Shown here piece by piece: positions 36,497 to 45,651 of a stretch of 64,000 nucleotides of DNA. Both the position numbers and the translations under genes were made by a program. Source of the DNA: an uncultured delta proteobacterium. Lineage in GTDB: Bacteria; Desulfobacterota; Binatia; Binatales; Binataceae. The number at the start of each line of letters is the position of its first letter. Position 1 is the stretch's first letter. The DNA lies in NCBI GenBank assembly GCA_963765675.1, contig CAVXXK010000005.1, positions 4,957 through 68,956 of the forward strand, read 5' to 3'. Below the pieces are notes generated by a model. It did no database searches, had not been told where the DNA came from, and worked only from the letters and a program-made list of their open reading frames with translations.

Positions 36497-38263
36497 TCAG
36501 CGCAGGAGCGACGAGTTATCGCGATGCTCGAGGATTGCGATCGTTTGCCGATAGCCTTCGTCGATCGCGCGCCGGTACCCCTTCCAGTCGAGCATCCCCA
36601 TCGGCTCGATCCGCGGCTCGATCAGCAGATCGACCTGCGGGCGCAGATGACGCACCTGCGCTTCGCTGCCCACCGTTCCGGCGCGCATCAGCAATGCGAC
36701 GATATTAGGCGAACCGCGACGCGCGGGCCGCAGCATGTTGAAAAGGCTCAATTCCTCGAGCGCCTGGGCGGCGGCGGCCAGCGCGTGGTCGCGCATCACG
36801 TCGACGGCGACGACCGGCCCGCGGCGCATCGCCAGCATCAGGTCGATTGGCATGTTGTTGAGCACCCCACCGTCGACCAGGATATGGCCGTTTTCGATCA
36901 CCGGCGTGAGCACGCCTGGAATTGCAACACTGGCGCGCAGCGCCTTCCAGATCGGACCGCTGCGAAAAATCCGCACCTGCCCGGTGGTCAAATCCGAGGC
37001 GGTGCAAACCAGAGTGCGCCAGCATTCCTCGAGATTTACGTCGCCGAAATGCTCGCGCAGCCGCCGCGACACTTTGCGTCCGCGAGCGAGCGCGATGATT
37101 GGAATCGTATAGTCGCTGAGCGGGTTGCTTTCGACGAAGGCGGGCACCAAGTGCTTCAGCGTCTGCTCGCGATCCCATTCGAGCGCCGCGGTGGCGGCGA
37201 TGATCGCGCCCATGCTCGCGCCGGCGTAGAGATCGATCTCGATTCCCGCTTCGTTCAGCGCCGCGATCACACCCAAATGTGCGAAGCCGCGCGCTCCTCC
37301 GCCCGACAGCACGATTCCGACCGCGTGCCCCGCGATTAGCCGCGCCATCCGCGCGAGGTCCGACGCGTTGCCCTCGCGCACGTGCGAATGATCGGCCTCG
37401 GGGAAGCGCTGCACGATCGCGGCGGTATGCGCGGCGCGAGGTGAGTCGCGCGGATGCAGGATCACCAGCTCGACGCCGGCGTGCCGGCGCGCTTTGATCA
37501 TTGTCTCAATCGGAGTGCTGTCGCGCGCGGCGGCAGACTCCGGCGCGGCGCGAACGATCGCGAGCACGCGATCGGCCTGCCGCAGGCATTGCCCGGTCCA
37601 TGCGGTAGGCTCACTCTCGCCGACGTAGAGGACCAGATCGTGCGCCTCTTCCAGTTGCGCAAACCATTCGGTTCCGCGGCCGGCGTCGGCCGCTCCCGTG
37701 ATGGCCGCCTTACCCCCGCGAGCCTCAATCGCGCGGGCCAGATCGCGGGCGAATGCAGCAGCGTCGACGTCGGGGCCTAGCGGCTGGATCGCAAGCGCGC
37801 GCGGCGCGTCGGCGCTCGCCGGCCGGCGCGAGGTGTTGCGCAAGCGGCTAACCAAAAGGCCGTTCATGAAGCGCATCGCCGCGGGGCTCGAATCGATCAA
37901 CTGGTCGAACGCACCCTTCGGCATCCGCAATAGTTCCGTATCGCGCAGCGCCTCGACCCGCGCCGAGCGCACCTCGCCCGAGAGCATCGCCATCTCGCCA
38001 ACCGTCTCGCCGGCGCCGATCTGCGCGATAACATGCTGGCCATTTTCGGCCGTGTTTGCGATCACGACCAGCCGCCCGGAGAGCACGATAAACATCGCGT
38101 CGCCAGGCTCCCCCGCGTCGAACAAGGTCCATCCTCCCGGCAGGCTTATCCATTCGAGCTGCTCGCAAATCGAGTCGCGGACCGCGGGCTCAAGGTCTTT
38201 GAAAATCGCAAGCGGAGCGATCTTCTCGGCGACAATCCGAACCAGGCCGGGATCATTCATCAC
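36497..38263 (-). CDS. cyclic nucleotide-binding domain / patatin-like phospholipase fusion protein
   Basis: The N-terminal cNMP domain has GDAMFIVLSGRLVV...GETVGEMAMLSG..RSARV. The patatin domain has SGGGARGFAHLGV (oxyanion), GASMGA (GxSxG) and VDGG. Confidence 0.9.
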   Translation of the reverse strand: MMNDPGLVRIVAEKIAPLAIFKDLEPAVRDSICEQLEWISLPGGWTLFDAGEPGDAMFIVLSGRLVVIANTAENGQHVIAQIGAGETVGEMAMLSGEVRSARVEALRDTELLRMPKGAFDQLIDSSPAAMRFMNGLLVSRLRNTSRRPASADAPRALAIQPLGPDVDAAAFARDLARAIEARGGKAAITGAADAGRGTEWFAQLEEAHDLVLYVGESEPTAWTGQCLRQADRVLAIVRAAPESAAARDSTPIETMIKARRHAGVELVILHPRDSPRAAHTAAIVQRFPEADHSHVREGNASDLARMARLIAGHAVGIVLSGGGARGFAHLGVIAALNEAGIEIDLYAGASMGAIIAATAALEWDREQTLKHLVPAFVESNPLSDYTIPIIALARGRKVSRRLREHFGDVNLEECWRTLVCTASDLTTGQVRIFRSGPIWKALRASVAIPGVLTPVIENGHILVDGGVLNNMPIDLMLAMRRGPVVAVDVMRDHALAAAAQALEELSLFNMLRPARRGSPNIVALLMRAGTVGSEAQVRHLRPQVDLLIEPRIEPMGMLDWKGYRRAIDEGYRQTIAILEHRDNSSLLR

Positions 38264-38366
38264 GCGCGATTGTACAATAGATAGTGCGCTTCATACATTG
38301 CGAAACGTGATTGCCCCAGGCGGCACACGCAGTTACGATCAAGCATCACGCGCCGGAGGTGTCTCG

Positions 38367-39614
38367 ATGAAGACCGAGCGGCCCGACAATAGATTCGATC
38401 GGCGTGAGTTCTTCAAACGCGGAGCGGTCGCGGGAATCGGTATCGCGCTCGCCCCTTTCGCTGCGGCGGCGGCGGAAGCCAGCACTCCACCACCTGGTCC
38501 TCCGGAAGTCCGGCGCTACGTGACGCTCGGAAACACCGGCATGAAAGTCTCCGACATCTCGTTCGGTTCGAGCCGGCTTCGCGCGGGCGAGGAAGCTATC
38601 GTCCTTCACGCTTTCGACGCCGGGATTAACTATTTCGATTCCGCCAATGAATACGGCGGTGGCGAATCGGAGACTACCATCGGAAACGCACTCAAGGGCA
38701 AGCGCGACAAAGTATATTTGACCTCGAAAGTGATTACCGCGCCAGATACTCCGCGCGGCGAAATGATGAGCGCGCTCGAAGCGAGCCTTAAGCGCCTGCA
38801 AACTGACTATGTGGATGTTTACTTCAATCACGCGGTGAACAATGTCGAGCGGCTCAAGAACCCCGAATGGCACGCATTCGTTGCCGACGCGCGCAAGCAG
38901 GGAAAGATTCGCCACGTCGGGATGTCGGGGCACGCGGGGCATCTGATCGAATGCCTTGATTACGCAATCGACAACAACCAGGTTGACGTGATTCTGGCGG
39001 CCTATAATTTCGGGCAGGACCCGCGCTTCTACCAACACTTCCTGGGCGGATTTGATTTCGTCGCACGCCAGCCCGATCTGCCGCGCGTGCTGGAGAAGGC
39101 GCATAGCAAGGGCGTCGGCGTGGTAGTGATGAAAACCCTGATGGGCGCGCGGCTGAACGACATGCGGCCCTACGAGAAAGACGGCGCGTCATTCGCTCCC
39201 GCGGCCTTCCGATGGGTGCTCTCGAATCCCAACGTGAACGCGCTGATCGTGTCGATGACCAGCAATGAGATCATCGACGAATATCTGGGCGCCTCCGGAT
39301 GGCGCGCCACCGCGGCGGCCGACTTGCCGCTGCTCCGGCGCTACGCGCGGATGAATGGAACCTCGTATTGCCGCCACGCGTGCGACGCATGCGAGAGCTC
39401 GTGCCCCAACGGCGTTCCGATCGCCGACGTGATGCGTACGCGAATGTATGCGAATGACTATGGCGACGTGCGCTTCGCGCGCGCCGAATATGCGATGCTC
39501 GCGAGCAACGCCGCCGCGTGTCTGTCGTGCACGGCAAAACCCTGCGCAAGCGCCTGCCCCCACGGCGTGCCGGTAGCCCAGCTCACGGCGCCAACGCATC
39601 AGATGCTCGCGTAG
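38367..39614 (+). CDS. Tat-signal aldo/keto reductase with C-terminal Cys-rich (4Fe-4S-like) extension
   Basis: The start ATG 38367 follows GGAGG. The twin-arginine motif is DRREFFKRGAVAG. The AKR core has YFDSANEYGGGESE and DVYFNHAV. The C-terminus has CRHACDACESSCP and CLSCTAKPCASACP. The track ORF from 37698 overlaps the patatin gene and was trimmed. Confidence 0.85.
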   Translation: MKTERPDNRFDRREFFKRGAVAGIGIALAPFAAAAAEASTPPPGPPEVRRYVTLGNTGMKVSDISFGSSRLRAGEEAIVLHAFDAGINYFDSANEYGGGESETTIGNALKGKRDKVYLTSKVITAPDTPRGEMMSALEASLKRLQTDYVDVYFNHAVNNVERLKNPEWHAFVADARKQGKIRHVGMSGHAGHLIECLDYAIDNNQVDVILAAYNFGQDPRFYQHFLGGFDFVARQPDLPRVLEKAHSKGVGVVVMKTLMGARLNDMRPYEKDGASFAPAAFRWVLSNPNVNALIVSMTSNEIIDEYLGASGWRATAAADLPLLRRYARMNGTSYCRHACDACESSCPNGVPIADVMRTRMYANDYGDVRFARAEYAMLASNAAACLSCTAKPCASACPHGVPVAQLTAPTHQMLA

Positions 39615-39648
39615 CTATTGCGCATCAGCGCAGTCTCTCGCCCCCTGT

Positions 39649-40072
39649 CTGATCCCTCGCCCAGTATGGGAGAGGTAAGGTGAGGGACCTTATTCAGCGC
39701 GGCGCAAAGCGCCGCGCGATTAGAGAAAGGAACCTACGCATCCAGCACGATCCACGATCGAGCAAGGCCGCCCTCACCCGCGCGAGGCTTCGCAACGCGA
39801 AGCCTCACGCGGCCTCTCCCGGGGGGAGAGGCGCAATCATTGTCTGTACTCTCCGGGCGGTGGGAGAGGCTATTCTGCCCCTCGCCCTCCGGGAGAGGGC
39901 AAGCGGCGCGATGCTTGCGCTTCTTTCGCAAGCATCGTGACGCGCGGGTGAGGGCGGCCTTGCTCGATCGCGGAGGCGGCTGAATACCCCGTTTCTTTCT
40001 TTAATCGCGCGGCGCTGCGCGCCGCGCTGAATAAGGTCCCTCACCTGGCCTCTCCCTTTCAGGGCGAGGAAT
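39649..40072. repeat. ~425-bp nested palindromic repeat element B (two inverted copies of the unit seen at 24819-24975)
   Basis: The left arm 39649-~39730 and the right arm ~39990-40072 are near-perfect reverse complements (CTGATCCCTCGCCC..GGGAGAGG.AAGGTGAGGGACCTTATTCAGCGCGGCGC..GCGCCGCGCGATTA.AGAAAG). Inner arms are GCAAGGCCGCCCTCACCCGCGCG (39762-39784) and CGCGCGGGTGAGGGCGGCCTTGC (39941-39963). Small hairpins include GCCTCTCCC-GGG-GGGAGAGGC. Confidence 0.9.
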
Positions 40073-41525
40073 TTAATAGTTGATCGCCGGGGATCCAGAT
40101 TGTGTGGAAGCCTACCGGGACGCGTTGCGGAATCTTCACGCGGGCTAACGGACCCTTCGCGATGTCCTTTGCGTCGAGGATTACTACTTCGCCGGAGTCT
40201 TTCGCATTTACGTCGGAGACGAAGGCTACTACGTAACCGTCGTCTTCGTCGCGCGCGCCTACGCGCGGCGCGAATGGACATTCGTTGGCGGTGCGGCCCG
40301 CGCCGAATAGATACTTCTCGGTCGAGTTGCGCTCGAGGTCGTACTTAACAATTCCCTCAAAGTGCGGGACCAGCGAATTGTATGCGTAGCGCGAGCGCCT
40401 GCCCATCCGGCCGCGATTGATCGTCGGCCATTCGGTGCGGGTGTCGTCGAGCTGCTCTTCCTTTACCTCACCCGTCCCGAGATTAAAGCGCCATCTGCAT
40501 ACCTGCGCTTCGAGCCGCAGGAACGCGCGCATCCGCGCCAACTCGCCCTCACCGCGCTTCGCGCCCGGCTCGGGCTGGATGACGCGGCACGCGTCCATCA
40601 CGATCACGTCGTTGCCGGCCGTGTCCTTTTCTTCCCACGAATTGATCACGTGATAGATGTAGCACGGCGACGCTTCGAACCATCGCACGTCGCGATTGGT
40701 TCCGAATCGCGGCAGGATACCGAAGCGGCTCGGCATCTCCGGATAGTAAGTTACTTTATGCACTCCGCGCTGAAGCAGTTCCGGATCCCAGAACAGCGGC
40801 AAATCCATCAGGACTGAGTATTTTTCGGTAAATGCCATATCGTGCGGCAACCGCGGGCCGGGAATCTCGATCGGCGCATGATGCGTCAATTCTCCCGCCG
40901 CCGAAACGACGTTGTAGGTCATGAATGGAGCGGCGGTCGAATAGTCAAAGAACAATAGCTCGTTGGTTACCGGATCAACCTTCGCATGCGCGGAGACCGT
41001 ACGCTTTAGGCCGCCGCGAAAAGTCTCGACGCCCAGAGTCTCGAGCGTGCGCGCATCGACCTTGTAGGGCAATCCGCACTGGTACCAGAGCGCGAGCGCG
41101 TAGCCGTTATGAAATACCACGTCGGTATTCGCGGTATCTTTGAGCCATCCGTCGGAACCCGCGCCTTTTGGCGCGCTCGGGTCGGGACGGTCCATCAGTC
41201 CGGGCCAGATAGCGTGCCCGGCCTCGCGCTCAGTGCGAAAACCGTCAGTGCGAATCCATCGGTTGCGATACGAGGCTTTGCCGCCTTCAAAATGAATCGC
41301 GTGGATCATCCCGTCGCCGTCAAACCAATGGTAGCGGCCGCGCGGCTGAAAAATCGGATTAGGTCCGTTGCGCAAATAGACGCCGGACAAGTCGTCGGGA
41401 ATCTCGCCGACGACCTCAAGTGCGTCAGCAGTTATTTCGCGTCCGATCGGTCCGAAGACTCCGCGCAGAAACGGATTCTCGCCCGGCTCGATATTGATCG
41501 GAATTTCGTTTTCGATTTTCAGCAT
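40059..41525 (-). CDS. carotenoid oxygenase family protein (carotenoid/lignostilbene cleavage dioxygenase-like)
   Basis: YHWFDGDGMIHAIHF, plus four conserved His contexts: SAHAKVDP, LPHDMAF, IYHVINSW and VGFHTIWIP. The start is trimmed to ATG 41525. Confidence 0.9.
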   Translation of the reverse strand: MLKIENEIPINIEPGENPFLRGVFGPIGREITADALEVVGEIPDDLSGVYLRNGPNPIFQPRGRYHWFDGDGMIHAIHFEGGKASYRNRWIRTDGFRTEREAGHAIWPGLMDRPDPSAPKGAGSDGWLKDTANTDVVFHNGYALALWYQCGLPYKVDARTLETLGVETFRGGLKRTVSAHAKVDPVTNELLFFDYSTAAPFMTYNVVSAAGELTHHAPIEIPGPRLPHDMAFTEKYSVLMDLPLFWDPELLQRGVHKVTYYPEMPSRFGILPRFGTNRDVRWFEASPCYIYHVINSWEEKDTAGNDVIVMDACRVIQPEPGAKRGEGELARMRAFLRLEAQVCRWRFNLGTGEVKEEQLDDTRTEWPTINRGRMGRRSRYAYNSLVPHFEGIVKYDLERNSTEKYLFGAGRTANECPFAPRVGARDEDDGYVVAFVSDVNAKDSGEVVILDAKDIAKGPLARVKIPQRVPVGFHTIWIPGDQLLNSSP

Positions 41526-41692
41526 CGCTCGTCGCCCTCGATTACAATCCGACTGCGCCGTCGATGCTAGCATAAGCGAGTATTTGCCAGTAGGACCGGC
41601 GCGCGCAGGTCTTTACCCCGAGGCGTCAGTGGAACTAGGATCGGGCACAGAGTGATCACAGACGCGATCGACACGCGAGGGAGACAGCCCCG

Positions 41693-42916
41693 ATGAGCGA
41701 GCATCTTACCGAAATCGATCAACCGAACCGCTGGCGGCTCGAAACCCCTGGGCATCAGGGATGGAAGCGCACCGCGCGGCCAGACGATCCCAACAAGTAC
41801 TTCATGGTCTCGGCCGATTGCCACGCCAACGAGCCCGGCGGCTTGTGGCATCAGCGGCTCGAAAAAGAATACGCAAAGCGCCTGCCGCGAATCGAGGTCG
41901 ATGAGAACGGCGTCAAGTGGCAGGTCTCCGAAGGATGGGCGCGCTCGCGGCTGCTCGACAACCGCCTCGAAGGCGAGGATCACGTCCGCTCGAAGGCGGG
42001 CGCCGATCCGGCCGAGCGGCTCATCGATCTGGATCACGACGGCGTCGATGTCGAAGTCATTTTTCCGAACAAGGGACTGATGATGTGGGCGACGTCCGAC
42101 GTGAAGTTCGCGGCGGCGCAGTGCCGCGTCTGGAATGATTGGGCCGCGGAGACCTACGGGCCGTATCGGGACCGGATGGTGCCGATGGCCTCGATCGCGA
42201 CCGGCGACCTGGAAGGATGCGTCGGCGAGGTCGAGCGCGTGGCCAAGCTGGGCTTTCGCGGCGTCACCCTGCCGTGCAAGCCGATCTTCGGAGCGCACGA
42301 CGCGCGCCATCCTAACTACAATCTGCCGATCTTCGATCCGCTGTGGGCGGCGCTGCAGGACCTGAACCTGTGCGTGACCTTCCACGTCTCGACCGGACGC
42401 GATCCGCGCGCGGCGCGCAAAGACGGCGGCGCGGTAATCAACTACGTATCGCATTCGCTCGCGCCGACGATCGAGCCGATCGCGAATCTGTGCGCGTCGG
42501 GCGTGATCGAGAAATATCCGAAGCTGCGCTTCGCCTCGATCGAGGCGGGCATCGGATGGGTTCCGTGGGCGCTGCAGGCGATGGACGAGGCGTACAAGAA
42601 GCATCACATGTGGGTGTTCCCAAAGCTGAAGCATCTGCCGAGTGAGTATTTCCGCAGCAACGGTTTCGCGTCGTTCCAGGAAGACGCTCCCGGGCTCGAC
42701 CTCGCGCCGAAGTACGACCTGTGCGGCAACTTCATGTGGGCCAACGACTATCCGCATCATGAAGGATCGTGGCCGCATTCGGCCGAGGCGATCGAACGCC
42801 AGATGGCGCATCTGAGCGACGAGCAGCGCGCGCAGATCCTCGGGCTCAACGCGGCGCGGATGTTCAACCTCGAGGTGCGCCGCCGCGTGCCGATGCCGGC
42901 CGCGCGCGCGAACTGA
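41693..42916 (+). CDS. amidohydrolase family protein (amidohydrolase-2 / ACMSD-LigW-like)
   Basis: VSADCHANEP (the HxH-like metal motif is CH here), DHDGVDVEVIFPN, VTFHVSTG and WANDYPHHEG are typical of the PF04909-type TIM-barrel metal hydrolase/decarboxylase family. Confidence 0.8.
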   Translation: MSEHLTEIDQPNRWRLETPGHQGWKRTARPDDPNKYFMVSADCHANEPGGLWHQRLEKEYAKRLPRIEVDENGVKWQVSEGWARSRLLDNRLEGEDHVRSKAGADPAERLIDLDHDGVDVEVIFPNKGLMMWATSDVKFAAAQCRVWNDWAAETYGPYRDRMVPMASIATGDLEGCVGEVERVAKLGFRGVTLPCKPIFGAHDARHPNYNLPIFDPLWAALQDLNLCVTFHVSTGRDPRAARKDGGAVINYVSHSLAPTIEPIANLCASGVIEKYPKLRFASIEAGIGWVPWALQAMDEAYKKHHMWVFPKLKHLPSEYFRSNGFASFQEDAPGLDLAPKYDLCGNFMWANDYPHHEGSWPHSAEAIERQMAHLSDEQRAQILGLNAARMFNLEVRRRVPMPAARAN

Positions 42917-42933
42917 GCGGGAGCCACGCGCCG

Positions 42934-43629
42934 TCAGAACAGTCGCTGGCCGAAGAAGAAGGCGTTGATGTCGCGTTTGCTGCCCTGTACTGCCGCGACC
43001 GGCTTCTTCGCAAGACGCCCGGCGAGCGCGCGAGCCTCGGATATCAGCTCTTCGCGCTTGACGATGCGGTTGATAAGGCCCATCGCGAGCAACTCTTCAG
43101 CACGGTAGTGGCGGCATTCGAGGATCGCCTCGCGCGCGCGCCACGGTCCCATCCGCGCCGCCATCAGTTGCGCGGGAGCGCCGCGATAAGGCACGCCCAT
43201 GTCGACCTCGGGCACCCAGAACTCCGCGCCCTCGGCCACCAGGCAGAAGTCGAACGCGAGCGCGAGCGACCATCCCCCGCCGACCGCGTAGCCGTTGATC
43301 GCGCCGATCGTCAGCGCGTCGAGATGAGTAATCGCTTCGAACGCGCGCCCAATCAGCCGCGGAAAGCGCCCCGCGGTCTCGCCCGTGATTCGCGCGCGCT
43401 CGCGCGGTTCGGTCACGCCGCGGGTCGCGGAGAGATCGGCACCGGCGGAAAATGCCGCGCCGGTGCCGGTCACGATCAGCACGCGGACCTCGCGGTCGTC
43501 GCGCACCTTATGGATGAGGCTCTCGAGCTCGAGGATGACCTCGTCGTTCAGAGGGTTGCGCTTCTCGGGCCGGTTGAAAGTGATCGTGACGATCGCGGCG
43601 TCTTTTTCAAAAGTGAAATGTGTCGGCAT
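42934..43629 (-). CDS. enoyl-CoA hydratase/isomerase (crotonase) family protein
   Basis: ITFNRPEKRNPLN, LIVTGTGAAFSAGADL, INGYAVGGG. Confidence 0.9.
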   Translation of the reverse strand: MPTHFTFEKDAAIVTITFNRPEKRNPLNDEVILELESLIHKVRDDREVRVLIVTGTGAAFSAGADLSATRGVTEPRERARITGETAGRFPRLIGRAFEAITHLDALTIGAINGYAVGGGWSLALAFDFCLVAEGAEFWVPEVDMGVPYRGAPAQLMAARMGPWRAREAILECRHYRAEELLAMGLINRIVKREELISEARALAGRLAKKPVAAVQGSKRDINAFFFGQRLF

Positions 43630-43749
43630 CTCGGTTCCTTGCGCGGATGGCGCGGCGTCGATGCTAGCGCCGCGCGCGATTTCCCGCGATAGCCCGGGCG
43701 CGAGCCGCGTGCTCTACTTGATCGCGGTAACCTCAAGGAGCGCAGCGCG

Positions 43750-44280
43750 ATGGACGTCAGCAAGATCACGCCGGGGCGGAACCCGCCCGACGAAATTCAC
43801 GTGGTGGTCGAGATTCCGCAGGGCGGAGTGCCGATCAAGTACGAGCTCGACAAGGTTTCGGGCGCGCTGTTCGTCAACCGCTTTCTGCACACCTCGATGT
43901 ACTATCCGGCCAACTACGGCTTTATTCCGAACACCCTCTCCGAGGACGGCGACCCCGCGGACGCGATGGTGCTCTCGCAGGTTCCGGTGGCTCCAGGAGC
44001 GGTCATCCGATGCCGTCCGGTTGGCGCACTGCTGATGGAAGACGAAAACGGCGTGGACGAGAAAATCCTCGCGGTGCCGGTCGATGAACTCAATCCATAC
44101 TTCGACGGAATCAACGAACTGGCGGATATGCCGCCGATCGTGCGCGACCAGATCGATCACTTTTTCCGCCATTACAAAGATCTGGAAAAAGGCAAATGGG
44201 TAAAGGTCAATGGATGGGTCGATCGCGCCGCCGCGCGCGAGCTGATCAATCAGGCGATCGCGCGCTATCCAAAGAAGTAA
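43750..44280 (+). CDS. ppa: inorganic pyrophosphatase
   Basis: VVVEIPQGGVPIKYELDK, YPANYGFIPNTLSEDGDPADAMVL and LAVPVDE form the family I PPase signature. Confidence 0.95.
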   Translation: MDVSKITPGRNPPDEIHVVVEIPQGGVPIKYELDKVSGALFVNRFLHTSMYYPANYGFIPNTLSEDGDPADAMVLSQVPVAPGAVIRCRPVGALLMEDENGVDEKILAVPVDELNPYFDGINELADMPPIVRDQIDHFFRHYKDLEKGKWVKVNGWVDRAAARELINQAIARYPKK

Positions 44281-44317
44281 CGGTGCGCCCCGCCCCGCTC
44301 GCCGCGCAATATCCACG

Positions 44318-45217
44318 ATGCCGGAATTGCCTGACATTACCGTGTACGTCGAAGCGCTTCGGGAGCGAATCTGTGCCCACACACTGAGCCGCGCATCCGT
44401 CAGATCTCCATTTTTGTTGCGTTCGGCCGAGCCTCCGCTTAGCGCCGCGTACGGCAAGACAGTCCGCGAAGTCAGACGGCTCGGCAAGCGAATCGCGATC
44501 GGACTCGACGACGGTCTATGGCTCGTGTTGCATCTCATGATCGCGGGGCGGCTTCATTGGGACACAGCCGCGCCCAAAGCAAAGGGCCGGAATATCCTCG
44601 CGGCGTTTGAGTTCGACAACGGATGGCTCTGGCTCACGGAAGCAGGCACGCAGCATCGCGCCTCGCTGCACTTGATCGCCGGGGAAGCCGCGCTCGCCGC
44701 GCTTAGTGCGGGCGGACTCGAGCCGCTCGCGGCCAGCCTGGACGAATTCGCCGCCGCGCTGCGCTCGGAAAACCACACGCTCAAGCGCTCGCTTACCGAC
44801 CCGCACATCTTGAGCGGAATCGGCAACGCGTATTCCGACGAGATACTCCATCGCGCGCAACTCTCGCCGATCGCGATGACGCAGAAGCTCGGCGAGGCGG
44901 AGATCGCAAGGCTGTACGACGCCACGCGCGTGACACTGGTCGAATGGACCGATCGCCTGCGCGCGGAATCCGCCGGCGCATTCCCCGAAAAGGTTACGGC
45001 CTTTCGCCCCGAGATGGCGGTGCACGGCCGCTACGGTTTGCCGTGTCCGCGATGCGGCGCCAAGGTTCAGCGCATCCGCCACGCGAACAACGAGACCAAC
45101 TATTGCGCCCGATGCCAGACCGGAGGCCGCTTGCTCGCAGACCGCGCGCTCTCGCGCCTCCTGCATGAGGACTGGCCGCGCACTCTCGACGAGATGGAAG
45201 CGCGCAAGCGTCGATGA
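44318..45217 (+). CDS. Fpg/Nei family DNA glycosylase
   Basis: It has the N-terminal MPELPD (catalytic Pro2/Glu3), the H2TH region LTDPHILSGIGNAYSDEILHRAQL and the C-terminal zinc finger CPRCGAKVQRI...NYCARCQTGG. Confidence 0.85.
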   Translation: MPELPDITVYVEALRERICAHTLSRASVRSPFLLRSAEPPLSAAYGKTVREVRRLGKRIAIGLDDGLWLVLHLMIAGRLHWDTAAPKAKGRNILAAFEFDNGWLWLTEAGTQHRASLHLIAGEAALAALSAGGLEPLAASLDEFAAALRSENHTLKRSLTDPHILSGIGNAYSDEILHRAQLSPIAMTQKLGEAEIARLYDATRVTLVEWTDRLRAESAGAFPEKVTAFRPEMAVHGRYGLPCPRCGAKVQRIRHANNETNYCARCQTGGRLLADRALSRLLHEDWPRTLDEMEARKRR

Positions 45218-45613
45218 ACCTAGAGTAGTCAGTCCGTCCTGAGTAATGATCGAATGCCAGTTCGCGGACTGTCAGAGCCGCCGCACTGACGACAAGCTAG
45301 TATCCACGCAGGATCCGGGTCTGCTGATAAAGCTCAATTCGGTGGGTTCGTTTGGTATCTTTTGGGGTCGCCATCAAGACCCCGAAAGCAGTTTTTGCCT
45401 TGAAATCATTGGCTTTTCATTTCGCCGTTGGCTTCGTTTGGTCGACATTTTGGATAGTTAATATTTCCTTTCGCCGCTCGATCGCTTTACGCAATACCTA
45501 CTCAATTCGTTCGCCATTCATCTCGCCCTCGCACCGCATTACTCAGTATACACGTTTAGTGCCAAATAGCAAGATTGATCTCATCCAGGATGAATCAAAC
45601 ATCGACTCGTTGT

Positions 45614-45651
45614 GATAGTCCCTCTCCCCGAAGATTGGGGGAGGGACTATC
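45614..45651. repeat. REP-like hairpin (CCCTCTCCCC / GGGGGAGGG type)
   Basis: GATAGTCCCTCTCCCC - GAAGATT - GGGGGAGGGACTATC forms a ~15-bp stem with one bulge. It lies between the convergent Fpg/Nei and GST genes and shares the CCTCTCCC...GGGAGAGG core with hairpins in elements A and B. Confidence 0.7.

Noticed and set aside
37698-38366. 223-codon N-terminal extension of the aldo/keto reductase ORF.
   Set aside because: It overlaps the patatin gene on the opposite strand and has low-complexity composition. A GGAGG-preceded ATG at 38367 gives a clean Tat signal peptide.
39680-40281. Three ORFs (39680-39940 plus strand, 39734-39931 minus strand, 39805-40281 minus strand).
   Set aside because: They lie wholly or largely inside palindromic repeat element B. 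Their mirror-image ORFs on both strands are a by-product of the palindrome.
41567-42811. 414-aa minus-strand ORF.
   Set aside because: It is antisense to the amidohydrolase gene. It is extremely Arg-rich, has no recognisable domain, and would overlap the dioxygenase start region.
42769-44538. 307-aa plus-strand ORF (42769-43692), 216-aa plus-strand ORF (43385-44035) and 274-aa minus-strand ORF (43714-44538).
   Set aside because: They are antisense to, or out of frame with, the crotonase and ppa genes, both of which have textbook signatures.
44516-45166. 216-aa minus-strand ORF.
   Set aside because: It is antisense to the Fpg/Nei glycosylase gene.
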